A stretch of DNA of 64,000 nt from Octopus bimaculoides (GCF_001194135.2 NC_068990.1:2818733-2882732); one strand, 5' to 3'. Positions 25,495 through 39,726 are shown, counted from the first letter of the stretch. The notes: a model not told the origin generated them from the letters alone. Numbers and translations: made by a program.

Positions 25495-26994
25495 NNNNNN
25501 NNNNNNNNNNNNNNNNNNNNNNNNNNNNNNNNNNNNNNNNNNNNNNNNNNNNNNNNNNNNNNNNNNNNNNNNNNNNNNNNNNNNNNNNNNNNNNNNNNNN
25601 NNNNNNNNNNNNNNNNNNNNNNNNNNNNNNNNNNNNNNNNNNNNNNNNNNNNNNNNNNNNNNNNNNNNNNNNNNNNNNNNNNNNNNNNNNNNNNNNNNNN
25701 NNNNNNNNNNNNNNNNNNNNNNNNNNNNNNNNNNNNNNNNNNNNNNNNNNNNNNNNNNNNNNNNNNNNNNNNNNNNNNNNNNNNNNNNNNNNNNNNNNNN
25801 NNNNNNNNNNNNNNNNNNNNNNNNNNNNNNNNNNNNNNNNNNNNNNNNNNNNNNNNNNNNNNNNNNNNNNNNNNNNNNNNNNNNNNNNNNNNNNNNNNNN
25901 NNNNNNNNNNNNNNNNNNNNNNNNNNNNNNNNNNNNNNNNNNNNNNNNNNNNNNNNNNNNNNNNNNNNNNNNNNNNNNNNNNNNNNNNNNNNNNNNNNNN
26001 NNNNNNNNNNNNNNNNNNNNNNNNNNNNNNNNNNNNNNNNNNNNNNNNNNNNNNNNNNNNNNNNNNNNNNNNNNNNNNNNNNNNNNNNNNNNNNNNNNNN
26101 NNNNNNNNNNNNNNNNNNNNNNNNNNNNNNNNNNNNNNNNNNNNNNNNNNNNNNNNNNNNNNNNNNNNNNNNNNNNNNNNNNNNNNNNNNNNNNNNNNNN
26201 NNNNNNNNNNNNNNNNNNNNNNNNNNNNNNNNNNNNNNNNNNNNTGTGTGTATGTGAGTGCGTGTGTATGCTTGTGTGGGCATGCGTGTGTGTTTAGTTA
26301 TATACGTATGTAACTACTAATCTTATGACCACAGAACACCACCCACTCCCATATTTTGAATAACCGTTATGGCTAGAGACACTGTTACATATATACGCTA
26401 ATTTAAAATTTCCTCATCCAATGGATTAATATTGGATTTTTATGTTTTTGACATGTAAATGAATATGAATGTATAAGTATTTACGTATTTCTATATGTAT
26501 CTTATAAATGGATATCTTCTTTTATTTACTTATTTTACATTTATCTTATTTATTTTAAATTTTCATTTTATTTTATTACCATTATTGCGCCGTTTATTTT
26601 TCTCTCGTATTCTATCTTTTTCTTTACATTACTACTCATTATATTCTAATTAATCCGTCAACCCTCCATGCACACATAACAATAAAAGTGATAACTCCTT
26701 ATATTTAGTCTGCTTGCACGAACGGATAGGTTGGCGCATGTAATTTCTTATGATGAAATTAAACTCATAACACATACATGCAAATTTAAAGCATAAATTT
26801 GTAATTTACCTATTGGGCATTAATGCAAACGGCTGTAAGAAATAAAGATGATTACCAAATTTTTAATAATAAATAATTATTAACTTTTAACTCTCCAATC
26901 TCTTTCCTTCAATTAACTGAATATGAGACGTATAAATATATATATATACTGAGAGAGAGAGAGGGGTAGAGGGGGGATATTATGCGGATAAAGA

Positions 26995-27612
26995 AATAAA
27001 ACGCATCAAATATATTGAATATATTAAATACATCAAACACAAAATATGTATATATGTATACATGGAAAACAAGAGAAAGCATGAGGTGGAAACTTTCCGA
27101 TGAATTTTTATGTATAAATATATAGATATTTGATGCATTTGATATATTTAATATATAGATATATATTAAATATATTAAATACATCAAATAGAAAATGTGT
27201 ACATATGTATACATGCAAAATGACAGAACGCATAAAGGGAAATTTTCACACGATAAAAATATATGGATATTTATCTTAATATCTATATATATGGATATTT
27301 ACTTACACAGTAAAAATGGTAGAAAATTAATGGGGTGGACGAAAGGTGTTATAAGTCACAAAAGAGCGATCCGTATTTATGTTGGTAGAGTTCACTGAGA
27401 ACCCAGAAGCAGTTGTTGGACTTATAAAACATTTCGTCCTACCCTTTAATTCTCTGTCATCTGGACTCTGCATGTTGGACCTATTAATATAGATATCCAT
27501 ATAGTTTTATCGTCTGAATGTTTTAGTTTTTTGCATTCTTTCGTTTTGCATGTATACATAATTACATATTTTCTATTTTATATATTTGATATATTTAGTA
27601 TATTTGATATGT
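26995..27612. repeat. AT-rich fold-back (inverted-repeat) element
   Basis: 27163-27360 is an imperfect reverse complement of 27413-27612, and ~26995-27090 is a direct copy of the start of the left arm. Confidence 0.7.
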
Positions 27613-27842
27613 CTAATTTGTGTATATACATTAATACTTTTATACCCGCTCAACTTGATCCTTCTTACAACCTTACTTTACCTTGTGGAATGATTCCCTG
27701 TAAAGACATCGGAGTTTAATTTTGAATCTTGGAGCACTACTAAGAGTCTTCTATACAGAGAATCTCTAGATCTCATCATTAATATATATATATATGTACA
27801 CACACGCGCGCGCGCGCACGCACGCACCCCCCCCCACACACA

Positions 27843-27880
<38 letters not shown>

Positions 27881-27891
27881 NNNNNNNNNNC

Positions 27892-27922
<31 letters not shown>

Positions 27923-28147
27923 TTTGATATGAATGTACAACATCAATACCTATATCGAGTAGGCTTGTATCATGGAAACAATTTCCACGATAAAATACAA
28001 CAGGAATAGTTGAAAAGTGGTTGAAATTTATACAGCTGTCATTGACTTTTCACGAGTAATATGTGGGTACATCCATACATGTGTATATATACATACATAT
28101 ACATATATGCATACATGTGTATATATATATGTATCTGTATGTCTATG

Positions 28148-28179
<32 letters not shown>

Positions 28180-29519
28180 CATGCATACACATATATATGC
28201 GTGTGTGCGAGTGTATGTGTGCTTATATATATATATATGTAAATCGTATGTGGGTGTGTGAGTGTATCTGTGTGNNNNNNNNNNNNNNNNNNNNNNNNNN
28301 NNNNNNNNNNNNNNNNNNNNNNNNNNNNNNNNNNNNNNNNNNNNNNNNNNNNNNNNNNNNNNNNNNNNNNNNNNNNNNNNNNNNNNNNNNNNNNNNNNNN
28401 NNNNNNNNNNNNNNNNNNNNNNNNNNNNNNNNNNNNNNNNNNNNNNNNNNNNNNNNNNNNNNNNNNNNNNNNNNNNNNNNNNNNNNNNNNNNNNNNNNNN
28501 NNNNNNNNNNNNNNNNNNNNNNNNNNNNNNNNNNNNNNNNNNNNNNNNNNNNNNNNNNNNNNNNNNNNNNNNNNNNNNNNNNNNNNNNNNNNNNNNNNNN
28601 NNNNNNNNNNNNNNNNNNNNNNNNNNNNNNNNNAATATGACATCTGAAACAGACTGTTGTGTGCTACTTTTTAAGATGACTATAAGCCGTGTACCGATAT
28701 CGAATATCTCCAGTATTTGCTAAACAGTTTTGACAAAGAGGGGAAAAGTTCAGTCAAGTACTGTTAGAAAACGACAGTACGACTCCGATCAGGATCACCA
28801 CCGGTAAGGAAGAAAATTGCCTTTCCCAAAGATTTAAAAGATATACCCAAATCAGATAAAACAGCATAGAGACGCGAACACACACAAATACACACACACA
28901 CAAACATCTCCACACACACAAACATCTCCACACACACATACATGTTATAAATAACATTTGTACATGAATATGTACCTATACATACATGTATATATGTATA
29001 TATATCAAACTTGTTCCCTGTCTTTCACTCATTATCTATCTGTCTGTATGTAAGTGTGTTTGTCTATCTGTATGTATGTATGTATGCATGCATGTATGTA
29101 TGTATGTATGTGTGCGTGTTCGTGTGTGCATGTGTGTTATGTTTTATGTTGATTGAAATGTTCTATAATATTCTGGTAACTTAATTCCTTTATTCGTCTC
29201 GATTCTACAAAAACATCCATGATTTCAAAGTAGTAGTGATCGTGCTACACCGTCTGAAGCCTCGTTTGTGCCAGTTCTTTAATCGAAGTTGATATCAGTT
29301 CTTGTCCTTCGAAGTCCCTACCTCCTGATGGTTGAGGCAAAGTTACGAGGGCCGGAAGTGAACCATGAATCGAAAGAAGAAATAATCTGGAGATATTGTT
29401 CCGCAATCCTAACGTGCACGTGCAGCGGTTAAGCAACGGTCAGCTTCTCTAACCTGTCAACAAATATGGATGTTTCGGACACAATGTGTCAGGCGAAGTT
29501 ATCAGAGAATAATTCATTA

Positions 29520-29790
29520 CTGGTTCGTTCAGGACTGTAGAACCATCATTGCCAACCAGTACTCCAAACAGCTGGAGTATGTTCTGTATGGCAAAAATGC
29601 ATGAAATTGGTTAACAGAAAACGAGCTCTTTTGGAGCAAGACCTCATATTGCTCAAACGACCCGGAATAAACTCCAAGTTCTTCAAGACAAATTGATTAC
29701 ACTACCAGCATATAGTCCGGATCTAGTTCCGCTGGCATTTTATCAGGTAGCTACCATGCAATCAACCGGTTAAGGTAAATTTAATTGATT
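29520..29790 (+). mobile_element. mariner transposase catalytic-domain remnant
   Basis: RTIIANQYSKQL...PHIAQTTRNKLQVL..LPAYSPDLVP contains the mariner YSPDL motif. Confidence 0.75.
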
Positions 29791-31707
29791 TATAAATCGA
29801 TATATGTCAGGAGGGAACACGTATGAATAGGAGTCCAACTGCTTGGTAGAAGGAGATGCTAATGTCTGAAAACTACCTAACATATCACCATAAAAATAAC
29901 ATGCATCGTACTCATGCAAATAAATGAAACAGATTTATGAAACGGTTCAATTACATAATATTGATTTCAAGATTAAGGAGCAATCCGTTTTTCTATCATC
30001 AGTGTAATACACACCAGGTCAATGCATATATATNNNNNNNNNNNNNNNNNNNNNNNNNNNNNNNNNNNNNNNNNNNNNNNNNNNNNNNNNNNNNNNNNNN
30101 NNNNNNNNNNNNNNNNNNNNNNNNNNNNNNNNNNNNNNNNNNNNNNNNNNNNNNNNNNNNNNNNNNNNNNNNNNNNNNNNNNNNNNNNNNNNNNNNNNNN
30201 NNNNNNNNNNNNNNNNNNNNNNNNNNNNNNNNNNNNNNNNNNNNNNNNNNNNNNNNNNNNNNNNNNNNNNNNNNNNNNNNNNNNNNNNNNNNNNNNNNNN
30301 NNNNNNNNNNNNNNNNNNNNNNNNNNNNNNNNNNNNNNNNNNNNNNNNNNNNNNNNNNNNNNNNNNNNNNNNNNNNNNNNNNNNNNNNNNNNNNNNNNNN
30401 NNNNNNNNNNNNNNNNNNNNNNNNNNNNNNNNNNNNNNNNNNNNNNNNNNNNNNNNNNNNNNNNNNNNNNNNNNNNNNNNNNNNNNNNNNNNNNNNNNNN
30501 NNNNNNNNNNNNNNNNNNNNNNNNNNNNNNNNNNNNNNNNNNNNNNNNNNNNNNNNNNNNNNNNNNNNNNNNNNNNNNNNNNNNNNNNNNNNNNNNNNNN
30601 NNNNNNNNNNNNNNNNNNNNNNNNNNNNNNNNNNNNNNNNNNNNNNNNNNNNNNNNNNNNNNNNNNNNNNNNNNNNNNNNNNNNNNNNNNNNNNNNNNNN
30701 NNNNNNNNNNNNNNNNNNNNNNNNNNNNNNNNNNNNNNNNNNNNNNNNNNNNNNNNNNNNNNNNNNNNNNNNNNNNNNNNNNNNNNNNNNNNNNNNNNNN
30801 NNNNNNNNNNNNNNNNNNNNNNNNNNNNNNNNNNNNNNNNNNNNNNNNNNNNNNNNNNNNNNATATGTATATATATATAATGTACTAAAGTGAGGAAAAG
30901 AAATCCTTCAAAGATGTGTGTTAAACATCTAGTTTACTAGTACGTCAGTTGAACACCATATAATTTTGGTATAATGCAATTACGAAGATAAATTAATTAT
31001 AGAAATACTATTGACAATTCAATAATTTATTTATATTACAATATACCAAGATATATTATGAATATAACATAATAATATATAACATGAAACATTATTTTAA
31101 AAAAAACATAAAAGGCCAACAAATTCTTTCAACTATGTAATAGTTTATATATTTTTTGTTACAGTTATACATAGGGGAAGACTTAGATAATTAACTATAT
31201 ACATATATACACACACATCTTATTGTTGCATGTTTGGTGACCAGGGGCTATCTTGGGCATGAAAGGGTTTCGATTGGTATATGTTTGAGATGTAATGAAG
31301 TGTTTTTCGATGGTTGTGAATTGCTCTTAATTGGTTGTATCATCCGTTACAATGTTTTTGATGTTTTTTTTAATTTTAATTGATGCATGATTGAATAGTT
31401 AACGCTCACGGTCATAATACAAAGACATTTGAATTAATTTCTATAATCCAGCCGTACTTTCACACGGAATTTCGTATATCTTTAAACCATTCCCCTCAAG
31501 TCAATTTATATATAAGGGAACTGTTATTATGTATGTACATCAGAAAATATATATCAGCCGAAACAATTTGTGGGTCTTTTATGGCTTTTTAAAATATTTT
31601 TTATGTTATATAATATTATGTTATTTTATATTCATTGTATATCATGAAATATAATGTAAATAAATTATTGGAGTGTCAATAGTACCACTCTGTTTAATTT
31701 ATCTATG

Positions 31708-31745
<38 letters not shown>

Positions 31746-31756
31746 ANNNNNNNNNN

Positions 31757-31841
<85 letters not shown>

Positions 31842-31869
31842 GATGTTTGTATATGTCTGTCTATGTATA

Positions 31870-32410
31870 TGTATATAAGGAGTGAAATTCAGGATTTCTC
31901 GTTTTTCTGTGAATCGATTTTGGTAAAAAAATTTCCTAACTGGTTTGGCTACTATGACAACACTATTTCTACGTTTTCATTATTCTGTGTATCGGCCTCT
32001 TTTTTTTATTTCAGATTCTTCAGTTTTCGGGTGACCCATGCTAATAGCTTTTGACTGAAAATAACCCATCTGGACATTTTTGTTCAGAAAATGAAGGCTA
32101 ATGATACATATTAAGCATACATTGAGTATATATTTAACAGAAAACCCTAATAATATTATAACATTTCTTGACATAAAGAACTATTTAGCCACATGAGCGC
32201 CATTTCGACGGAAAACTTCAAAAACCTTATTAGTCATGGAATCTGTCAATTCCTTAACAGTAGTAGGCTGGACTGCCTCTGATGCAGCTTTGATGATTGC
32301 ACATAAGAATCTTTCGACGTTATTTGGCGTCCGTCGGCATAAACATCTTGTTTAATAATGGACCAAAGATTTTCGATAGCGTTGAGATCCGAAGATGCTA
32401 GCGGTGAGAC
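31870..32410 (-). mobile_element. 3' part of a Tc1-family DNA transposon
   Basis: Minus strand SSDLNAIENLWSIIKQDVYADGRQITSKD matches the Tc1 SPDLNPIENLW motif, followed by non-coding 3' sequence. Confidence 0.75.
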
Positions 32411-33084
32411 AAGCATAGACACATGCATGCACATATACATGCATATAGACATGCAGAGAGACGTGCATATAAATAGAAATACATACAATCCCCTATATAT
32501 ACATATGCGCGAGTGCGCGAGTGCGCCAGTCCGCGAGTGCGCCAGTGCGCGTATGTATGTACTTATATTTATATATATGCGAGTATTATACCTAAAGTGC
32601 GTACTTGTATCTGGCAATCATTTATCATTTGAATGTGAGCATTTATTCCGCTACAATAACTTCATTACGTCCCATTTGAAATATTACTACCCGGTTTTGC
32701 TTCTGCCCAAAGAAGTACGATTTTAATTGTAATGACTCTAGTCAACATCAGAGAGACGTTTGAATAAAAATGAATATATCTCCGAACATAAATCCTATAA
32801 CATATCTTACAATCTATTTCTTTTCAGCATTTAATATATTTGCTAATCTTGTCACACATTAAACCGTTAAAGCGCAGCGATGAAGAAGAATCCAATGAAT
32901 ACGTGTTTCGTTAATTTGATTGTCATGCAATTAAATCTGTATATCAGACTTTTTCCGTGACAGGATGAACATGTCAGCCATATTTGCTATATGTACAATT
33001 AATTAATATGGAGTTGGCAAATAATGCTACCACAATTTAATTGATTGTGAGTCTGACTTTCTAGATTCAATAGTTTGTGAATAG

Positions 33085-33140
33085 ATGTTGCATGACAACT
33101 ATGTTGATTTCCGGTTGAATTCTACTGAACGAAAGCTTAG
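33085..33140 (+). CDS. candidate exon (MLHDNYVDFRLNSTERKL, phase 0->2)
   Basis: gtgaatag| acceptor, TAG|gtatgt donor. It could alternatively be a transposase relic (LHDN). Confidence 0.25.
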
Positions 33141-34666
33141 GTATGTATCATCGACAGTAGACTTGGAGAGCCCAAAGCCTGCTATAGTCTTGTGCATATT
33201 TTAACACTGACTTTTGTGAGTTTTTAACAGAGCGCGAGCATAAGCAGCCAGCGTCTGGAGAAGTGGCTCTTGTCTGATGAGAACATACTTCCATCCTCTC
33301 AACTGTCACCAAATCTCTGATAAATGACGTGCATGCTTGTATTGCTCAAAATCTTTGGTGTCATTTTGTAGGTAGAAATTTTGCAGAAGCGGACCGCATG
33401 CACTGTACCTTACTCATGATCACAAATCGTTATCAATTATACAGTTTAGAAAAACCGCTGATGTTCTTCCCATTTTTTAAACAGTCTAATAATGACCTTA
33501 CAAAATGTAATGTATATACTCGTTTCTCCTTTGAATGTGCCGTGAAAATGAGGAATTCTGAGTTCGTTGGCTTTTTGGAACGTTCATTGATGATCAAATC
33601 TTATATATTTTTAGTGTATTGTCAACGAGAATTTCGTTAAACATTTTCTGAATTTAAATTTCATCTTGAACATATATTTGTTATATATATATATATATAT
33701 NNNNNNNNNNNNNNNNNNNNNNNNNNNNNNNNNNNNNNNNNNNNNNNNNNNNNNNNNNNNNNNNNNNNNNNNNNNNNNNNNNNNNNNNNNNNNNNNNNNN
33801 NNNNNNNNNNNNNNNNNNNNNNNNNNNNNNNNNNNNNNNNNNNNNNNNNNNNNNNNNNNTATATATATATATATATATATTTTGATTTATGAAATATTTA
33901 TTCAAAAATTTTATGTATGTAAACTAATTTCATATCAGATTTATTTTATTGTCGGGTTTTAAATGCTTAGTAGTTTTTTTGTCAAAATATTCTATACAAT
34001 TATATGAAATATAAATTCAATTTATATTTACTGCTGCATACACTGAAAATGCATATGAAATAATATTCATGCCTCATCAATATCAAGATTTAATCATTAT
34101 TTTGCATATTCCATGAATTTATACATGAGACAGCATAGGCAATTTCATTTTATTCTATAAAGTAAATTGCTGGATAGACATATAGGTTTTCGCTTTGACA
34201 GTAACTCATATAGTAAGTGAGAAATATATTATTTTGTAAGAATTATAAGGTGAAACACATTATTGCATGTACATTTTCACGTATACGTAACTCATTTTAT
34301 CATTGAAATCATATGTGACACATTCCGAACAATATCACGATTGTTTCTCCTCGAACATTTTTTTGAAAAATTATTATTTTTCTTGTAGTCTCAAAGGACA
34401 TTTATGACATAATATGAATGCATTACAGTAGAAAGGCTTCTACAATTAGAACTATATTTTCTGCAAATGGTTTCCATTTAAACATGATCATATGGCGAGA
34501 AGACCTTATTTAGAGAAAGACACTTGTTCAATATTTTGTATGTATTGGAGAATGCATTACTGAACTTCCATTTTTCTCTTAAATATACATAACTACAAAG
34601 AATAAAGAAAGTACAGGACGTACTTCGTTTTGTATACAAAATTCTTACGTATATATAGCTGATCAG

Positions 34667-34728
34667 TACGCAGTTACACATTGAAGCATACATGGAGAAA
34701 TGGAAGCTTCCACCAGGATTCGGCGTTC
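34667..34728 (+). CDS. candidate exon (TQLHIEAYMEKWKLPPGFGV, phase 2->1)
   Basis: ctgatcag| acceptor, TTC|gtacgt donor; alternative acceptors lie nearby. Confidence 0.27.
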
Positions 34729-35040
34729 GTACGTAACTCCGTTGTAGCTATAATAAATACCAGTATAGATCAGATAACATTTACATTGGTTACGTATATT
34801 TCCTCGATATTTATCGTACATCTAACACGTGACTATTCGTTTAATCGCATGAACTCTATTCGCAGGAATGTGTTTTAGAGTACAATGGGAAACATAGTTT
34901 GAACTCATTGGTTATATCTCGTGCAATCTAATAAGATATGTTGGTGTATGTATGTATACACACACGCACTCACACACACACTGACACACACAAGCACACA
35001 CACACACTCACATATATATCTCTTATCTTTCCTTCTATCT

Positions 35041-35386
35041 TTTACCTGTTTCAGTCATTAGACTTCGGCCATGCTGTGGCAACACCGTAACTTCTTAGTT
35101 GAATGAACCAGCCCAGTGCTTATTTATTAATCCTAGTACTTATTCTCTCGGCGTGTTTTGCCGAACCGCTTAGTTACGAAGACGTGAACACACCAACGAC
35201 AGTTGTCAAGTGGTGATGGGGGGGGGTACAAATACAAACACACACACACACACCAAATTCACTCACAAGGCTTTGATCGGCCTGAGGCTATAGTAGAATA
35301 TACTTGCCCAAGGTGCCATGCAGTGGGACTGAGCCCGAAACCATGTGATTGAAAAGGAAGCTGCTTATCACACAGCTACTCCTGCA

Positions 35387-35390
<4 letters not shown>
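35041..35390 (-). mobile_element. near full-length CORE-type tRNA-SINE
   Basis: Head (rc) gtagctgtgtgataagcagcttcc...ggctcagtcccactgcatggcaccttgggcaagt and tail gactgaaacaggtaaa. Confidence 0.87.
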
Positions 35391-35444
<54 letters not shown>

Positions 35445-35650
35445 TACATACAACGTTATATGCATATGTAATAAGTCTACATACATACCTCAATTCATAC
35501 ATACATGTAGGTTTGGCGAACTTAGCAAAACTAAATAACCCCAGATGCGATCTGTTAGTAATTGAGTCGGCTCCACCACTATGAATTATCAGTAGCGCTG
35601 TTTTCATGTATACCAGGAATCAATTCTCTTTCAAACACCTTGAACATATA

Positions 35651-35990
35651 CAGGGTGACATCCAAAATGCCCCATACTATTTCTCTAGCGCGCCAACTGA
35701 TAGCAGCACAAGGTTGCGTGCACATTCGATGAAACGGATCGGATCTGTATAACGCGAAGAATTGGATTCCTCACAATGACAATGCACCCATCACCGCGCT
35801 CTCCTCACTCGTAGATTTCTCACCCACAACAACATGGTATCTCTTACGACTTTCAGGCCGGATCCGAAAAGTGCAAGGAAAGCTTGGACCGGTGTATTGC
35901 TGTGCAAGGTAACTATTTCGAAGGAGATGTATTTAAAACGTAGATATATATCAAAGATAACTAGTCTGAGAGCCTTTTGATATCACCTCG
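35651..35990 (+). mobile_element. internally deleted mariner element with degenerate TIRs and TA target-site duplication
   Basis: TA|cagggtgacatccaaaat ... ttttgatatcacctcg|TA; internal KNWIPHNDNAP and DRCIAVQGNYFEGD are mariner DD34D-domain and C-terminal motifs. Confidence 0.82.
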
Positions 35991-36030
35991 TACCACTGCT
36001 AGCAGTTACATTGTTTTCTAATTGGAATAG

Positions 36031-36205
36031 CTGCATCATTATTGCTAATGTTAGATGAAATATTCAGAATAGATATCCGCTACATTCTGAACAGATTGAG
36101 CAAAGTGATGGGAGAATATATTTTTAATGTTGTTACTTTGACCACCGTTAAGATTACTGTCGAGATTTTGTTAGCATCAATTACCGTAGCTGGAAGATAT
36201 TTCAT
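36031..36205 (+). CDS. candidate exon (ASLLLMLDEIFRIDIRYILNRLSK...AGRYF, phase 1->2)
   Basis: ttttctaattggaatag| acceptor, CAT|gtatga donor, 57 open codons; phase-compatible with 36380-36446. Confidence 0.42.
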
Positions 36206-36379
36206 GTATGAAATACAATAGAAACTCAAAATTTCCTCGTTAGTCAGAAAATCCAAGCTACGTATCAAAATAATCTGTACGTTAATCATTATTATATGCT
36301 TTTTAATTTTAAAAAATGGCTTATTTTTCTAGTAGAAGAATAAAGTAAAGTGTAAAGAAACAAATATTAGTACTAATAG

Positions 36380-36446
36380 ATCACGACTGAAACGGCTCCT
36401 CAGTTCAGGCCTCAAAGAATTAACGAGAGACCAATCTAAGCAAATA
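36380..36446 (+). CDS. candidate exon (I-SRLKRLLSSGLKELTRDQSKQI, phase 2->0)
   Basis: tactaatag| acceptor, ATA|gtaact donor, open frame. Confidence 0.35.
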
Positions 36447-37103
36447 GTAACTGGTTGCTTTGTAGTTTTTTGGTTGGATACCTAAAAATATTGGAAATAT
36501 ATAGCAAGAGTTCAGCTTTAAACGGCTACCAGGTACTACTCTCACCATCTGTAACAGATGTAAAAGGCTTTAATGAACAATGAACAAACAAACCATAAAG
36601 ACTCGTAAGGAAAATGCTGTGTTATATATTTTTATCTTCGTTTTAGCTTAACAAACAATACAATGTAATTAATAAATCCTCTTTTGCTGTGTACTGTGTG
36701 ATTCATTGAAATCAAGATAGCAACTAGAATGGAATAGTAAGGAATATATAGTGGAATGGAAATATTAATTACTTTATCGTTCGTACGTAGAAAAAGGAAT
36801 ATTAATTAAGCTCAAGCACAACTCTCATATATATATATATATATATATATTATACATATATAAACCATATAGCTCAAATTTACAGAAAACAAAAGACGAA
36901 AACATGTGAAGGAATAACAAGCAGGTGCATTAGTTTAACGCTCGTGAAGAATGGAAAAGTTCTTTACGTTTTAAGCCTACGCTCTTTGACAGAGCATTAA
37001 GGGGAAAAAAGGAGAAAGAATGAAAAACAGTGGAGAAAATGTGTAAAGCTTAACTGTATAAAGTATATATACATGTGTGCGTATGTGCGTGTGTGTGTGT
37101 GTA

Positions 37104-37150
<47 letters not shown>

Positions 37151-37844
37151 GTAAAAATCATTTCAGTTGTATGTTATTTAATCTGGGATAAATCCTATCC
37201 ACCACACTGCTGCTGAAAGATATTTTAGCAGTGTTTATCACTTCATAAAATTACATAGTTTTCTTCTTTTATTCTTTTGAAGGGTCTATAATATAATTCT
37301 TTTGAAAGGTCTATAATTACTGTTGAATGAATGTGTTGAATGATGCGAGAAGTAACTCCTATATAAAGTCTCAGTTTTTTCGAAAACTCTCTAATCTATG
37401 TATGAATAAGTAAACACCAAACCAGAGACACGATAGACAATTTTATGAGACCTAATTAAAATTATTGTTTATCTAATATTGTTATATAGTGATATAAACA
37501 TATCCGATTATATATTTAACAAGATACCTCCGGCGGATAATAGGGTATTTCGATGAGATATGCATTATTAGCTACAGGAGTGAATATATAAATATATAAA
37601 TAAGATTTAATGTGACTTAAGATGTGGAATTAATGTGTGGTTAGATATAAGTATTGAAATGTTTTCTCTCTGTGTTGAAATGAGATTAGTGCTGAATTCA
37701 TAAAAAATGCATATATTGAAATAGAATGTCCGGTCAACTAAATTAAAACGTAATGGAATCTAACACCTGCGGGAGGTTAACGAGATTAAGTGGGATAGAG
37801 AACTGTTTCAGGTGAGCTTAATATTGTCCTTAGGTACCTTATCC

Positions 37845-37882
<38 letters not shown>

Positions 37883-39214
37883 NNNNNNNNNNNNNNNNNN
37901 NNNNNNNNNNNNNNNNNNNNNNNNNNNNNNNNNNNNNNNNNNNNNNNNNNNNNNNNNNNNNNNNNNNNNNNNNNNNNNNNNNNNNNNNNNNNNNNNNNNN
38001 NNNNNNNNNNNNNNNNNNNNNNNNNNNNNNNNNNNNNNNNNNNNNNNNNNNNNNNNNNNNNNNNNNNNNNNNNNNNNNNNNNNNNNNNNNNNNNNNNNNN
38101 NNNNNNNNNNNNNNNNNNNNNNNNNNNNNNNNNNNNNNNNNNNNNNNNNNNNNNNNNNNNNNNNNNNNNNNNNNNNNNNNNNNNNNNNNNNNNNNNNNNN
38201 NNNNNNNNNNNNNNNNNNNNNNNNNNNNNNNNNNNNNNNNNNNNNNNNNNNNNNNNNNNNNNNNNNNNNNNNNNNNNNNNNNNNNNNNNNNNNNNNNNNN
38301 NNNNNNNNNNNNNNNNNNNNNNNNNNNNNNNNNNNNNNNNCTGTATATCCACAGGCAATTCTTTCGACATAAATGAACAGACACAAAGATTGAGGGAAGT
38401 CGTAATTCTTCTTTGTTTTCTTTGTGCCTTGGTTATTCATATTTTCCGAAATATTCAACGACCACTTTTGTTATAATCACGTATCTGTGTTAAGAAAAAA
38501 ATAAGCATTTTAAAGTTTCTGTCACTTCCAATTTATCCATAAAACTCTCTGCCCCAGTCGACGTAGCAAGCCTCTAGTCCACTGCTTGCTGATGTACCGC
38601 CTGCCAAGATAGAATGGAACAAGTTAGACACGTCGAAATGGGAAAAGAACATTTAAATCAGGCAATCTGCGCCCAACTGAACAGCCCCACACGTACAAAA
38701 CTTCCGTAGATGGAATCTGATTAGAGATACACAAAGCTCCAGCTTCAAGGCCTGCTATATTCGGTCTGCGATTTGTAGAGAACCGTACGGCAATAATAAT
38801 ACTAATTACTTCTGTCAACCATAATTATTGACTAGTACTCAGTTTATTAACTCAAGTGAGATGAAAGCAAATCTGATTTCGGTGGCATTTGAATTTAGAA
38901 CGTAAAGTGCCATAAAAGAATACTTCACGACATTTGTTCGAAGCTTAGAAGACTACAAATCAACCGTTCTTTATCAGAAAGACTGTACTAGAGATTTCGG
39001 AAAATGGATTTAAATTGACCCAATACTTGACAAGAATTTTATTTTACTAACAAAGGCAAAATTCATCTTGACAAAAGTCTCGCATGGAGTTTTGTTACCG
39101 TTGCTCTTTATACTCATCGTAATCAATGCAATGGTGACACTATTGCAAGGGAACGAGGTATCATGGAAGCACAGTTTCCTGCCGAAATTATAACTGGACG
39201 ATTTTTCCTTCCAT

Positions 39215-39382
39215 ATCACTCTCAGGAAGACACAGAAGGAATACCAGAAAATACATGAAAACCTAGGGAGAATAATCCACTGGGTGTTATGTAAATCTAG
39301 CATTTGACCATAATGATAAGTGGTATGAATATGAACCCAGTAAAGTGCTAGAAAGTAAGAAATATAAGATAATGTAGGATTT
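39215..39382 (+). mobile_element. short R4/Dong-like LINE fragment (different subfamily)
   Basis: QKEYQKIHENLGRIIHWVLCK..DKWYEYEPSKVLESKKYKIM*DFDI matches the EY..RHD...IHW.LC / WY.H.P / WDF.I block after the CCHC knuckle. Confidence 0.7.
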
Positions 39383-39725
39383 TGACATTTCTCCACTTTC
39401 TTTTTGGCGGGGTTGGGGTATCTTGGTTAGAAGGGACTTAAATGTCTATCATTAAGCAGGTATTTTTTTTACCAATCATTGATTATTATGTCTGGGCGAT
39501 TAGCTTTTATTTCTTCATCGGTTGGAACAGGCTTATCCCAGATGATTGTGGCCTTATCACTGTCTTGTACTCTTTTTGGCACATATTTAAACAATTGATT
39601 GCCAGTTTTTATGTAATTTTGGCATATTGTCCAGTGGTCGTATCTGTATATATATTCAGATATGGCACGGACTGGACAGCCAGAGATGTGGACAACTATC
39701 CTATTTTGCTGGTTACACATTCTGC
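39383..39725 (-). mobile_element. inverted copy of an internal part of the adjacent R4/Dong-like LINE
   Basis: Reverse complement of 40160-40512 (CRMCNQ..HISGCPV..IIWDKPVPTDEEIKANRPDIII). Confidence 0.9.
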
Positions 39726-39726
39726 T

